In this document: one piece after another, positions 49,643-62,488 of the stretch
Numbering within the stretch: position 1 is the stretch's first letter
How the letters are laid out: every line of letters starts with the position of its first letter
Assembly (NCBI RefSeq): GCF_964213995.1
Contig: NC_135808.1
Span: 34,596,001-34,660,000 of the forward strand
Direction of reading: 5' to 3'
From: Mustelus asterias
Lineage: Eukaryota
Length of the DNA: 64,000 bases
Translations under genes and position numbers: made by a program
Notes under the pieces: generated by a model
Databases searched by the model: none
Told to the model about the DNA's origin: nothing
What the model saw: the letters and a program-made list of their open reading frames with translations, nothing else

Positions 49643-50585
49643 CATAGAGTCATAGAGGTTTACAGCATGGAAACAGGCCCTTCGGCCCAACTTGTCCATG
49701 CCGCCCTTTTTTTTTAAAACCCCTAAACTAATCCCAATTGCCCGCATTTGGCCCATATCCCTCTATACCCATCTTACCCATGTAACTGTCTAAATGCTTT
49801 TTAAAAGATAAAATTGTACCCGCCTCTACTACTGCCTCTGGCAGCTTGTTCCTGACACTCATCACCCTCTGTGTGAAAAAATTGCCCCTCTGGACACTTT
49901 TGTATCTCTCCCCTCGCACCTTAAACCTATGCCCTCTAGTTTTAGACTCCCCTACCTTTGGGAAAAGATATTGACTTGTCTATACCCCTCAAACCTTGCT
50001 GCCTTGCCTTTGCTCCTCATTATTTTATAGACCTCTATAAGGTCACCCCTCAGCCTTCTATGCTCCAGAGAAAAAAGTCTCAGTCTATCCAGCCTCTCCT
50101 TATAACTCAATCCATCAAGTCCCGGTAGCATCCTAGTGAATGTCCTTTGTTCCTGAGGAGCCAACATTGTAGCTGCTGTGAACCCTCAAAAACAATGGGG
50201 ATTTATAGACTCGCAGACATTTCCAGCACCTCAATTTCCCTCTTAACCTTCGATCTCTGACATTAAATCTATGCCCCCTGGTTATTGACCCCTCTACTAA
50301 TGGAAAAAATGCCTTCCTATCCATCCTATGCCCCTCAAAATGATGTATAATGTTACACATCTCTATCAGATCCCCTCTCACCCGATGCTGCTCAAAGATA
50401 AACAGCCCCAGCCTAATTGATCTGTCCTCATCGCTCAGACCCTCCAGCTCAGGCAGTGTCCCCACTCCAGTGTGATGACATCCTGCCTATACTGTGGCAA
50501 CCAGCACTGCACACAGTAAGCTGGTTATGCCTACCCAGTGTTTCACACAGTCCCATCATAACTTCCCTGCTCGTATAATCTGTGC
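49643..50585 (-). mobile_element. Two adjacent CR1 3' fragments (49643-50142 and about 50220-50585)
   Basis: FTRMLPGLDGLSYKERL; LSDEDRSIRLGLF; tcatagag tail. Confidence 0.85.
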
Positions 50586-50619
50586 CACAGTCATGCACAC
50601 ACACATGCACACGCACACA

Positions 50620-51255
50620 CGGGCATCCTCCAGCAAAGATTCTAGCTCTTCCACCAACCCAGAAGAATTCTCAGATGTTGACACTAAAAAGGCATCACAG
50701 CTTTCACTTACACCCTCCACCAGTGCAGAAGCACACACCTCGATGGGACCTAATTTTAGAGAGGCCTGTGGTCACAAATTGGTGAGCACCTCACACTCTC
50801 TGATCTGCAGAGGCGGAGGCAGATGTCCCAGAGAAATAACACTAAGGGGATTGCTAGAAGCCGGGATGTTGCCAAGTCCCAGGCAGGTGATGTGCCTCTG
50901 GAGTTGGTCATGCCTCAGTTCCTAGAGCTCCAAAGGCAAACTCGGGAACATCAGGTCAGCTACACTCCTCGGATTGAGACAGAATGGAGGAGTACTAATG
51001 ACTTCTGTCCAAGGCGATTGTGCCGACACTCCAACACAAAGAGGTCAACTCAGCTCAGGGAGGGTGGCAGCCACCGTGCAAACCTTGGTGCAAGATTTTT
51101 GTCTTGCGCTGCTGTGAGACATGTAGGCACTTGTGGGGATCAACAAGATAATGCAAGGAGATGGCAGGGCTTCTCAAGCTCACTTCAGCTGCCCCTCTAT
51201 CTCAGGAAGGAGGCCAGGGGCCCGCAGGCACCCATAGGAAGGAGGAGCAGTTACT
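50620..51255 (+). pseudogene. Harbinger accessory-gene last-exon remnant
   Basis: EEFSDVD..ASQLSLTPSTSAEAHT and VMPQFLELQRQ match 48520-48790. Confidence 0.6.
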
Positions 51256-51842
51256 GAGTGACAGCTAATTGTCAGCATCTGAAAGCCCTTTTCCTGAATA
51301 GGACCTGAATAGATGTTAATAACTCGAGCAGGAAACTAACTTTAGGAGTGACTCTTCTCAGCTTTATATAAGAAAGGGGCTTTTTCAAATGCACGATCAG
51401 GAGTGATGCACAAGCAGAGGGGGAGTGTTCATCCTGAGTGAGACACAGTCCGAGTGAGTATATTTGGGAATTTGGATCAAAGTAGGAATTTTGGGGTAAG
51501 AGGTGCTCTTTGGTTTTCTAACTTTTTCACCCTTCAGAAAGTAGTCCTGCCCTTCTGCAGGAGAAGAGGCCAGCTACTTGGCGAGTATTTCAGCTGCTGT
51601 AAGCAGCAGTGGGGAAAAAGACAACTGTCACATCACAAGAAACTGGTAAGTGCTCAGCGTAAGGGGCTGTGTGTGAAAAACTAGCATGTGGAATAAGGGA
51701 ATATTAGCACCAATATAGTAAGATAATACGTATAACTCAAAGTAAAATAGAGTTAATACACAAGAAGTAAAGTTAAAGTAAAGTGGCAGGCCAGCTCAGA
51801 GAAGTGGAATGTGTGTCCTGCAATAAGTCTAAAGTTATGGAG

Positions 51843-54800
51843 TGTGGTGAACCATTGTTGGTTACCACCAGGAGTGCTGAGCCATGGTCTGGCCAGTACT
51901 ATGAGTCTGTAGATATGTTACTGTTGAGGTTAGGGTTGGGCTGTTCTACCTGTTGATATAGTCCTATGGTACTCCCCAGTTGGCTCCGCCTTCCGGGAGA
52001 GGTATAAAGGTCACTGCTCTGCCTGGTGACCCTTTAGTCTGGGATTGTATATTGTATATAGTAGCTCCGTTATTGTTGGCAATAAAAGCCTTTATTTCCC
52101 AGGTACATCCTGCCTCCTGTGTGATTTATCACGCATCAATTTTATTGCCAATAAGTAAATTTTATTTGAAAAAAACCCAAAAGAAAACCATGGAGCAAAT
52201 GCTGAAACCCGAACGGCTTACGTTGGATCCACGTGCGGCGGGAGCATCGAACACTTTCGACCACTGGTTGAAGTGTTTCCAAGATTACCTCGACGCCTCC
52301 ACAGCGGTCCACAACGACACCGACAGACTCCGGGTCCTCCACGCGAGGGTAAGCGACGCTGTATACCTAGCGATCCGTGAGGCCCAAGACTACAAAGGGG
52401 CCCTCGAGCTTCTCAAAAAGCGATACATCAAACCGCCGAATGAGATCCATGCTCGACACCTTCTAGCCACTCGACGGCGGCAGCCCGGCGAAACGACGGA
52501 ACAGTACCTGTGTGAACTTCAGCAGCTAGCCAGAGCCTGCAACTGCAAGCCAGTGTCGGCAGCCCAGTACATGAGCGACCTAGTTCGAGATGCGTTCGTG
52601 GCGGGAATCGGCTCATCGTACATCCGCCTTCGGCTGCTGGAGCAAGGTAACCTCGACCTCACTAAAACCGTAGAGTTAGCTGACGCTCTAGAAACGGCCT
52701 CCAAAAGTCTGGAGATGTCCCCCGACGACCACGTGGAGACAGTGTGGCAGGGGCAGCCGCAGACTCCACTTTATTCAGCGGGACCGAAAAACTGCGCGAT
52801 TGCGTTTCCAGCCTCGGACCTGACGACGGCAGCAGCTCCAGGTGGCCCGCGGTGTTACTTCTGTGGGGGGGGGTGAAACACCCTCGGCAGCGATGTCCAG
52901 CTAAAACGGTGTTGTGCTCCGCCTGTGGCAAGAAGGGACATTATTCCAAAGTATGCCAGACCAAACCACTCTCCAAACACAGCAGTGCGGCGTGTGACTC
53001 CCCGGAGCCGGCCTCCTTGTCTTCTGCATCTTCGAGGTCTTCCACCACGTGCGATTCCAGGACGTCGCCATTCCTAACGACAGAGTTGCAAAACACGTGC
53101 GACCTGCAGGGGCCGCCGGTTTTGGCGCCATCGACCACGTGCAACCTATGGGGGCAGCCATTTTGGTCGGCACCGACCGCAAATGACCAGCAGGGGCCGT
53201 CATCAACCATCTCAGCTGCCTGCAGTTGCACCCACGATCCAACGGTGGCGTCAATCATCCTGGACCAGGCCAAGCCTCACAGACTCGACAAGTCCATGAT
53301 GGACATACAGGTAAACGGACGCCAGATTTATTGTTTGTTTGACAGCGGGAGCACGGAGAGCTTCATTCACCCTGACACCGTGAAGCGGTGTGGTCTCCAG
53401 ATTCGGACTGTCAAGCAGACAATTTCGATGGCGTCAAGGTCCTGGTCTGTCACCGTGCTAGGGAGCTACGTGGTCAATCTGACGGTGCAGCGCACGGTTT
53501 ACGAGAACTTCAGGCTCCATGTGTTACCACACCTTTGCGCGCCGATACTCCTAGGACTAGGTTTTATGGTCCACCTGAAGAGTGTAACCCTGCAGTACGA
53601 TGGGCCACTCCCTCCGCTTTCAGTGGGAGATCTGCAGCCTCTAAATTGCCCAATGCGCTCCACATGTAGTCTCTCGACGCTCAGGATTACCACACCCTCC
53701 CTATTCCAGAATCTCGTGCCAGGCTGCAAGCCCATCGCAACAAAGAGCAGGCGTTACAGCACTGAGGATCAGATCTTCATTCGATCTGAAGTTCAGCGGC
53801 TCCTCAAGGAAGGGATCATCCAACCTAGCGCTAGTCCTTGGAGAGTGCAAGTCGTGGTGGTTAAGAATGGGAACAAACCCCGGATGGTCATAGACTATAG
53901 TCAGACCATTAACAGATACACGCAGCTGGATGCGTATCCCCTCCCGCACATATCTGACATTGTCAATCAGATTGCGCAGTACCGGGTGTTCTCCACCATT
54001 GACTTAAAATCTGCTTACCACCAGCTCCACATTCGCCCAGAGGACCGAAAATACACGGCCTTTGAGGCGGATGGTCGCCTGTACCACTTTTTAAGGGTTC
54101 CCTTTGGTGTCACGAATGGGGTCTCGGTCTTCCAGCGTGCTATGGACCGAATGGTGGACCAGAACAGGCTGCGGGCTACCTTCCTGTACCTGGATAACGT
54201 CACCATCTGCGGCCATGACCAGCAGGACCACGATGCCAACCTTCTTAGATTCTTACGCACTGCATCTCACCTGAATCTGACCTACAACAGGGAGAAGTGT
54301 GTATTTCGCACGCGCCGCCTAGCTATCCTCGGATACGTGGTGGAAAACGGGGTCCTTGGCCCTGATCCAAACCGTATGCGTCCCCTCCTCGAACTCCCCC
54401 TGCCCACTAGCATCAAAGCACTGAGAAGATGCTTAGGCTTCTTCTCATACTATGCACAGTGGGTTCCCAATTACGTGGACAAAGACCGTCCGCTCATCAA
54501 GTCTACCTCCTTTCCCCTAACAACAGAGGCTCGCTTAGCCTTTGCAGGAATAAAAGCCGACATTGCGTAAACCACGATGCACGCTATTGATGAGTCCATC
54601 CCCTTCCAGGTGGAGAGTGATGCATCTGATTTCGCCCTGGCCGCCACACTTAACCAGGCGGGCAGGCCCGTCGCCTTTTTCTCTCGCACCCTCCAAGGCC
54701 CTGAAATTCGGCATTCTGCGGTGGAAAAGGAGGCCCAGGCCATTGTGGAGGCCGTTCGGCATTGGCGCCATTACTTGGCGGGAAAACGGTTCACTCTGCT

Positions 54801-56547
54801 CACGGACCAGCGGTCCGTGGCGTTCATGTTCAACAACACGTTACGGGGTAAGATCAAGAATGATAAAATCTTGAGGTGGAGAATCGAACTCTCCACCTAC
54901 AATTATGATATCATGTACCGTCCAGGGAAGCTCAACGAGCCCTCGGACGCCCTGTCGCGTGGAATATGCGCTAGTATGCAGGAGAATCGATTACAGGCTC
55001 TCCACAATGACCTCTGCCATCCGGGGGTCACTCGGCTCTTCCACTTCATAAAGGCCCGGAATCTACCCTACTCGGTGGAGGATGTCAGGTCCATAACCAG
55101 AAGTTGCCAGGTATGCGCGGAATGCAAACCGCACTTCTACCGACCTGACAGGGCACACCTCATTAAGGCCACTCGTCCTTTCGAAAGACTGAGTGTGGAC
55201 TTCAAGGGCCCCCTTCCCTCGACAGATCGGAACGTGTACTTCCTCAATGTGATTGATGAGTACTCATGATTCCCTTTTGTCATTCCCTGTTCTGATATGA
55301 CCGCTGCCACGGTTACCAAGGCATTATGGGATCTTTTCACCCTGTTCGGTTACCCCTGTTATATCCACAGCGATAGGGGCTCGTCGTTCATGAGCGATGA
55401 CTTGAGGCAATACCTGCTCTCATATGGGATTGCCTCTAGTAGAACCACGAGCTACAACCCAAGGGGTAACGGACAGGTTGAACGAGAGAATGCTACAGTC
55501 TGGAAGGCTGTCTTACTGGCATTGAGGTCTAAAGGTCTTCCAGTCTCCCGTTGGCAAGAGGTACTCCCTGATGCGCTCCACTCCTTACGCTCACTCCTGT
55601 GTACGGCAACCAACGCTACTCCTCATGAGAGAATGTTTTCATTCCGTAGGAAGTCTTCCTCTGGGACCTCATTACCGTCTTGGTTGACATACTCAGGACC
55701 TGTCCTCCTGCGGCAGCATGTTAGGACCCGCAAGTCCGACCCTTTGGTTGAACAGGTCCATCTCCTCCACGCCAACCCTCAATATGCCTATGTGGCATAT
55801 CCTGACGGGCGAGAGGACACGGTCTCGATTCGAGATCTGGCGCCAGCAGGGGGCTTGGAAACCCCAGTCGCTCCCACACCCCCAGTTAGGGACCCCCCGA
55901 CCATTATCTCTCCTCCTGACACGGCGCGGGCAGTATCGGGACCGCCACTTAACCCTCTTACTCCCGTGTACAGCTTGCCTGAGTCCAGGAGATTGTCGCC
56001 ACCTCGAGGCGTGCTCGAGTCCAGTGGATTGTCACCACCTCGTGGTCTACTGGCCCGTGAGGAACTGGAGGAGTCACTGGACACCGCCTTGGAGAGAAGG
56101 TCACCGCGATTGCCTGAACCGGCGTCATCGCCGGTGTTGAGGAGGTCGCAGCGACGGTGCGGTCCCCCAAACCGTTTGAACTTATTGACAGATGAACAGT
56201 TGTTCTGTTTTTTTGTGCCCCGCCGGCCTTTGTTTTAAAAGGAGGGGTGAATGTGGTGAACCATTGTTGGTTACCACCAGGAGTGCTGAGCCATGGTCTG
56301 GCCAGTACTATGAGTCTGTAGATATGTTACTGTTGGGGTTAGGGTTGGGCTGTTCTACCTGTTAATATAGTCCTATGGTACACCCCAGTTGGCTCCGCCT
56401 CCTGGGAGAGGTATGAAGGTCACTGCTCTGCCTGGTGACCCTTTAGTCTGGGATTGTATATTGTATACAGTAGCTCCGTTATTGTTGGCAATAAAAGCCT
56501 TTATTTCCCGGGTACGTCCAGCCTCCCGTGTGATTTATCGCACATCA
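51843..56547 (+). mobile_element. Gypsy LTR retrotransposon C (sister subfamily), full length
   Basis: 296-bp LTRs at 51843-52138 and 56252-56547; perfect TSD tggag; PPT aaaaggaggggtgaa. Confidence 0.98.
52190..56238 (+). pseudogene. gag-pol: Single gag-pol ORF of Gypsy C (one frameshift in the G run near 52870, stops at 54570 and 55269)
   Basis: Knuckle-PR-RT is continuous in ORF 52744..54570; YLDN at 54187-54198. Confidence 0.95.
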
Positions 56548-57309
56548 TGGAGCTACTAGTGTCCCAGATGACCATATGTGCAGAACTTGCTGCCAGCTGC
56601 AGAAATTTGAGTTTCAGAGTTCCAGCGATGGCGGGAGTCACCAAGGAGCATTTGCGAGGCTAAGAGCTGTATGGATAACATATCCAGCCAGGAGAGAAGG
56701 ATGCAGAGAACAAATTACAAAGAGATGTAAACATTATAAGGTAGTCATAATGCAGGATTTTCATTCCCCAAATGTAGACCGGGGTGTGATAGTGTAAAGG
56801 GTGGGGAGGGGCAAAAGTTCCCACAGTGTGTTCAGGAAAATTTTCTACAGCAGGAGAAGTGATGTACTGTTGGATCTGGTTCTGGGAAATGAGGTTGGCC
56901 AAGCAGATCATGTGTCAGTGGGGGAATATTTAGGAAACAGTGATCATTGTATCATAAGGTTTAGGATGGCGGAAAAGGAAAATAGGCGCTAGAGTAAAAT
57001 AATTAAATGAGGGCGAGCCAACTTCAATGGGGCAAGAACGGAGTTTGTCTGGAACGAAAGGCCAGCGGGAAAAACTTAAGCTGAACAATGGGCCACCTTC
57101 AAAAGAGAAGTAGTCTGGACTCAATCAAGATACATTTCCTTAGAAGAGAAAGGCAGGGTAAACAAATCCAGAACTCTCTGAAGTGACAAGGAGCTAGAAA
57201 TTAAGATAAAGAAGAATGCATATGGCAGGTGTCAGGTCGAAAATACAATTGGGAACCAAGAGGAAAAAAGAGATTCAGAGGGAAGGTTAAAAAAAGCCTT
57301 CCCCACAAG

Positions 57310-58087
57310 CCTATCCCCACACCTCCACTACTTGTCTTCAAATGACCGCGCAATCTCAAACAGACCATTGTACGCAGCAAACTACCCAGCCTTCTGGAGA
57401 ACAGTGACCACGACACCACACAACCTTGCCTCTCGTTGTCTCTCGTTGTCTACCTGATACGCTACAGGAAAGGATGTCCCGAGGCATGGTACATTGGGGA
57501 GACCATGCAGACGCTACGACAACAGATGAATGAACACCGCTCGAAAATCAGCAGGCAGGAGTGTTCCCTTCCTGTCGGGGAACACTTCAGCAGTCACAGA
57601 CATTCAGCCTCTGATCTTCGGGTAAGCGTTCTCCAAGGTGGCCTTCAAGACACATGACAACGCAGAATCGCCGAGCAGAGACTGATAGCCAAGTTCACAC
57701 ACATGAGGACGGCCTCAACCAGGATCTTGGGTTCATGTCACACTATCTGTAACCCCCACAATTTGGCCTGGGCTTACAAAATCTTTCTAACTTTCCTGGC
57801 TTAAGACAATTCATACCTCTTTAACCTGTGCTTCACCCTCTCTCCACTCGCATTGTCTGTATCTGTAAAGACTTGGTTACCTGTAAAGACTCGCATTCCA
57901 GACATTATCTTGCAATTGAGTCTGTGTCTATATATGCTGTGTTTGTGAACCCAGCTCCCCACTCACCTGATGAAGGAGCAGCACTCCGAAAGCTCGTGCT
58001 ACCAAATAAACCTGTTGGACTTTAACCTGGTGTTGTGAGACTTCTTACTGTGCCCACCCCAGTCCAACGCCAGCATCTCCACATCAT
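57310..58087 (+). mobile_element. Penelope-like 3' fragment (GIY-YIG plus pseudo-LTR)
   Basis: PRNLKQTIVRSKL; VVYLIRYRKGCPEAWYIGET. Confidence 0.9.
57964..57998 (+). ncRNA. Minimal hammerhead ribozyme
   Basis: CAC-CTGATGA-A-GGAG..CTCC-GAAA-GCTC-GTG. Confidence 0.85.
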
Positions 58088-58165
58088 GTTTAATCATGCC
58101 ATTTTTTCAAACAGGCCCTGTTAATTTATTTGGCACCATTTTGTCTGTAGTCGGTGTCCTCTAAC

Positions 58166-58885
58166 TGTTACTGAAGCAATATAATGGACATCATGTTTAT
58201 TTTTAATCTGGACTAATGCAGTGTCCCTTGGGATTGCTGACTGGGGCTTCGTTTGGGGGTGACTGACAGGTCAGGTGATGCATTGGGACAATTTGTTTCA
58301 ACAGCAAAATGCAGGGTTTTAGTTTTGGTTTAGGTGCTGGCTCAGAGCTGTTTGGACTTGAAACAGAAAGTAGTGTTCTTTTCTTCCCTCTCTCTGGAGT
58401 TGAAAATTCTGCTGTTTTTTGAGTTGCTGTCAGAAGCTAGTGAAGGAAGGCAGTGCGTTTCTGTCTCTCTCCCAGAGGCATCCTGAAAGGTCCAAGACTG
58501 GGAAGCCTGTCCATCATCCAACATCCAAAGGACTAATTCACAGCAGGTGTTAAACAGCTGCAAAATCCAGCATCACATGAGCATACATTTTTTGTGCCAT
58601 GTGAAGAAAGGGATGTTTGTGGGGGTTGTTTGACTTGGAACAGTGTAGTTAGCTGGTAAAGTTCATTGTTTTTTTTTGTAATTGGTAAAGTTATGTTAAT
58701 TTTTCTTTTTATATTTTAACTGTGTTCTTAAATAAACTTTATTTGATAAAATCTTCCGAGTGGATCAATTGAATCATACATGGAGTGAAACATCTTATGG
58801 TCACCCGTGCCAAAATCAAAGGTAACAACTTAGATTCCAGGTTATCTTCATAAAACATCTTGGAGTTTCTGCCCTGATCTTAACA
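58166..58885 (+). mobile_element. Possible solo LTR of an unrelated family
   Basis: TGTTA...TAACA inverted ends and AATAAA near 58731; no clear TSD. Confidence 0.4.
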
Positions 58886-58889
58886 CACT

Positions 58890-59790
58890 AGAATAGTTCA
58901 AATTTGATAAGGAGGAAGTGTTGAATAGGGTGTAGGTACTGAAAGTTGACAAGGCACCCGGACAGGGTGAGATTTACCAAGGATATCAAAGGAAGTGAGC
59001 GAGGCGCTGGCCATAATCTTCCAGTCTCGGGGGAGGTGCCGGATGACTGGAGAAATGCAAATGTTACGCCCTTGTTCAAAAAGGTTTTAAGGATAGTCCC
59101 AGCAATTACAGACCAATCAGTTTAACATTAGTGGCGAGGAAGTTTCTAGAATTAACAATGATTCAGGATTGAATTAGTAGTCATATGAACAAATACGGTT
59201 TCATTAGAAAGAGCCAGCATGGGTTTTTAAAAGGGAAATCATGTTTAACTAACGGTATCAGAAAGGGTCGATATCGGTCGGGTAATGGTGTTGATGTAGT
59301 GTACATGGACTTTCATAAGGCATTCGATTCAGTGCCACACAACAGACTTGGTGAGAAATAAAAGGGACAGTAGCAACGTGGATACAAAATAGGAAGCAGA
59401 GAATAATGGTCAACTGATATTTTTCAGGCTGGAAGAAGGTTTGTAGTGGTGTTCCCCAGGGGTCAGTATTGGGACTCTTGATTTTCGTGATAAGAAGATA
59501 GGGAGAGACAATATAAAATAATGGGGACAATTCTTAAAGGGGTTTCAGGATCAAAGGGACCTGGGTGTATATATGCCGAGATCATTGAAGGTAGCAGATG
59601 AGGTGAACGGCAGTTAATAAAGCAGACAGTATTCTGGGTTTTAGTAACAGGGGCACAGATTACAGGAGCAAGGAGATTATGCTGAACTTGTACAAGTCAC
59701 TAGTTATACCTCAGCTGGAATATTGTTGTCACTTCTGTGCGCCACACTACAGGAGGGATGTGAATGCATTGGAGGAAGTACAGGAGAGAA
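58890..59790 (+). mobile_element. Degraded CR1 ORF2
   Basis: VPDDWRNANVTPLF, DFHKAFD and GVPQGSVLG remnants. Confidence 0.8.
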
Positions 59791-62488
59791 CACCCTCTAA
59801 GATCATCACAGGCAACAGAGTGTGACAGACGGCAGGCTGCCTTCACCTCTGCTGTGGATATTGAGGATGCACCAAGACAGAGCAGTGGGGTTAGAAAGGT
59901 TAAGAAGCTCTAGTTTCACAATGTGGGCACAGGTGTTTAGCACTTGTACATGACGGTCACCTCTGTAAATGAATTCTCACTATTGCAGCTTTTCTATGGC
60001 TCCTTGTTCTGATGTTCTGTATTCCTGTAGTCCCAACTGTAACACTGAACTCCTGCACCAGAAAAAGGCAGGGTGCTCAGTCCAGAGCTTCCTCCATGTG
60101 CTTTGTGCAAGGTTGCCCATATTGGTGATGCCCCTTCACAGTGACTAATGCATCAGCCTTAATCTCGAAGGTATGAGCATGTCTCCACAACTTACAAATA
60201 TAATGTCACTCATTCCAGTCATTGTCAATGTGAGATCTCTGCACCTTTTGAGCTGTGGCTGGTCCCCCCATCCGAACTGCCTTAGCGTCCGGTGACTCTG
60301 CATCTCAATGGTTCCGTTCAGGAAGGATGCCTTAAGATCAGGCGAATTGAAACTTCCCCGCTACGTCATTTGATATGACCCAAGTCACTGAGAGTAACTG
60401 ACCTGCCATGGGCCAGACATTATCAGAAACTCTTTGAGGATCTATGCTCTGTCTGCACTGCAAGTCATCATCCTCCTGCAACATAGGGACTATGGGCAAC
60501 TGCTCCCTCCCCACGACACAAGCCATATCAGTGAGAGTGAGTGCTGCTGGCAGTCAGACTGGACAGTAACCCACTGAAGCCCTGTGAAGATACTGGATGT
60601 CCTCCCCGGATATCCTCGTCACCATCCATAAACATAATGACAGTGATCAACTGAGTGGATGATCCATCTCAGCCTCCTCCAGTGGTCTCCAGCATCTCAG
60701 ATGCCAGTCTCCAGCCAATTCGATTCACTCCACGTGATATCAAGAAATGGTTGGAGGCACTGGATATTGCAAAGGCAATGGGCCCTGATAACATTCCGAC
60801 AATAGTATTGAAGACTTGTGCTCGAGATCTTGCCGCTCCCCTAGCTAAGCTCTTCCAATACAGTTACAACACTGGCATCTACTCAACAATGTGGAAAATT
60901 GCCCAGGTATGTCCTGTGCACACAAAGCAGGACAAATCCAATCCAGCCAATTAGAGCCCAATCAGTCTACTCTCGATCATCAGTAAAGTGATGAAGGGGT
61001 CATCAACAGTGTTATCAAGCAGCACCTGCTCAGCAATAACCTGCTCAGTGACACCCAGTTTGGGTTTCACCAGGGTCACTCAGCTCCTGACCTCATTACA
61101 GTCCTGGTTCAAACATGGACAAAAGAGCTGAATTCCAGAGGTGAGGTGAGAGTGACAGCCCTTGACATCAAGGTTGCATTCGACCGAGTGTGGCATCAAG
61201 GAGCCTGAGTGAAACTGGAATCAATGGGTATCAGGGGGCAAACACTCCATTGGTTGGAATCATACCTGGTACATAGGAAGATGGTTGTGGAGGGTCAGTC
61301 ATCTCAGCTCCAGGACATCTCTGCAGGAGTCCCTCAGGGTAGTGTCCTCGGCCCAACAATCTTCAGCTGCTTCATCAATGACCTTCCCTCCATCATAAGG
61401 TCAGAAGTGGGGATGTTTGCCGATGATTGCATAATGTTCAGCACCATTCGCGGCTCCTCAGATACTGAAGCAGTCCATGTTCAAATGCAACAAGATCTGG
61501 ACAATATCCAGGCTTGGGCTGACAAGTGGCAAATAACATTTGCGCCGCACAAATACCAGGCAATGATCATCACCAATAAGAGATACTCTAACCACCGCCC
61601 CTTAACATTCAATGGTGTAACCATCACTGAATCCCCCACTGTCAACATCCTTGGGGTTATCATTGACCAGAAACTCAACTGGACTCGCCACATAAACACA
61701 GCTACAACAGCAGGTCAGAGGCTAGGAATACTGTGGCGAGTAGCTCACCTCCTGACTCCCCAACGCCTATCCAGTATCTACAAGGCACAAGTCAGGAACG
61801 TGATGGAATACTCCCCACTTACCTGGATTGGTGCAGCTCCCACAACACTCAAGAAGCTTGACACTATCCAGGACAAAGCAGCCCACTTGATTGGCACCAC
61901 ATCTACAGACATTCAATCCCTTCACCACCTACGCTCAGTAGCAGCAGTGTGTACTATCTACAAGATGCGCTGCAGCAATTCACCAAAGATCCTTAGACAA
62001 CACTGTCCAAACCCATGACCACTTCCATCTAGAAGGACAAGGGCAGCAAATAAATGGGAACACCACCATCTGCAAGTTCCCCTCCAAGTCACTCACCATC
62101 CTGACTTGGAAATATATCGCCGTTCCTTCGCAGTCGCTGGGTCAAAATCCTGGAATTCCCTCCCGAACAGCATTGTGGGTCAACCCACAGAACATGGACT
62201 GCAGCCATTCAAGAAGGCAGCTCACCACCACCTTCTCAAGGGCAACTAGGGATGGGCAGTAAATGCTGGCCAGCCAGTGACACCCATGTCCCACGAAGAA
62301 GTAAAAAAAAACATCCCGAGTTCGTCTGTCTCGTCATTGCCTCATGGCTGACATCCTCTCCCTTCAGGACCTCTGCAGCTTCATTCCCTTTGACATCCTT
62401 CTCATCAAAAGAAATGTGTCACTCCCCCAACTCCTCCTCTGGCAGTTCCTCCCCCTATTGCAGTGCCAGGTTATTCAAGGTGCAGCAG
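59791..62488. mobile_element. Harbinger remnant: accessory-gene end (RKVKKL* at 59913, +) and transposase C-terminus (-), split by a LINE
   Basis: agaaaggttaagaagctctag; CCTLNNLALQ-like translation at 62460-62488. Confidence 0.55.
60655..62291 (+). mobile_element. LINE (CR1/L2 group), RT and 3' end
   Basis: [24 protein letters not shown]; short A tail. Confidence 0.9.

Larger units (their letters stand above)
51300..57290 (+). mobile_element. Old CR1 (5' UTR, ORF1 zinc finger, endonuclease remnant) split by Gypsy C
   Basis: VECVSCNKSKVME|ATSVPDDHMCRTC across the insertion; LDLVLGNE...SDH at 56870-56950. Confidence 0.7.
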
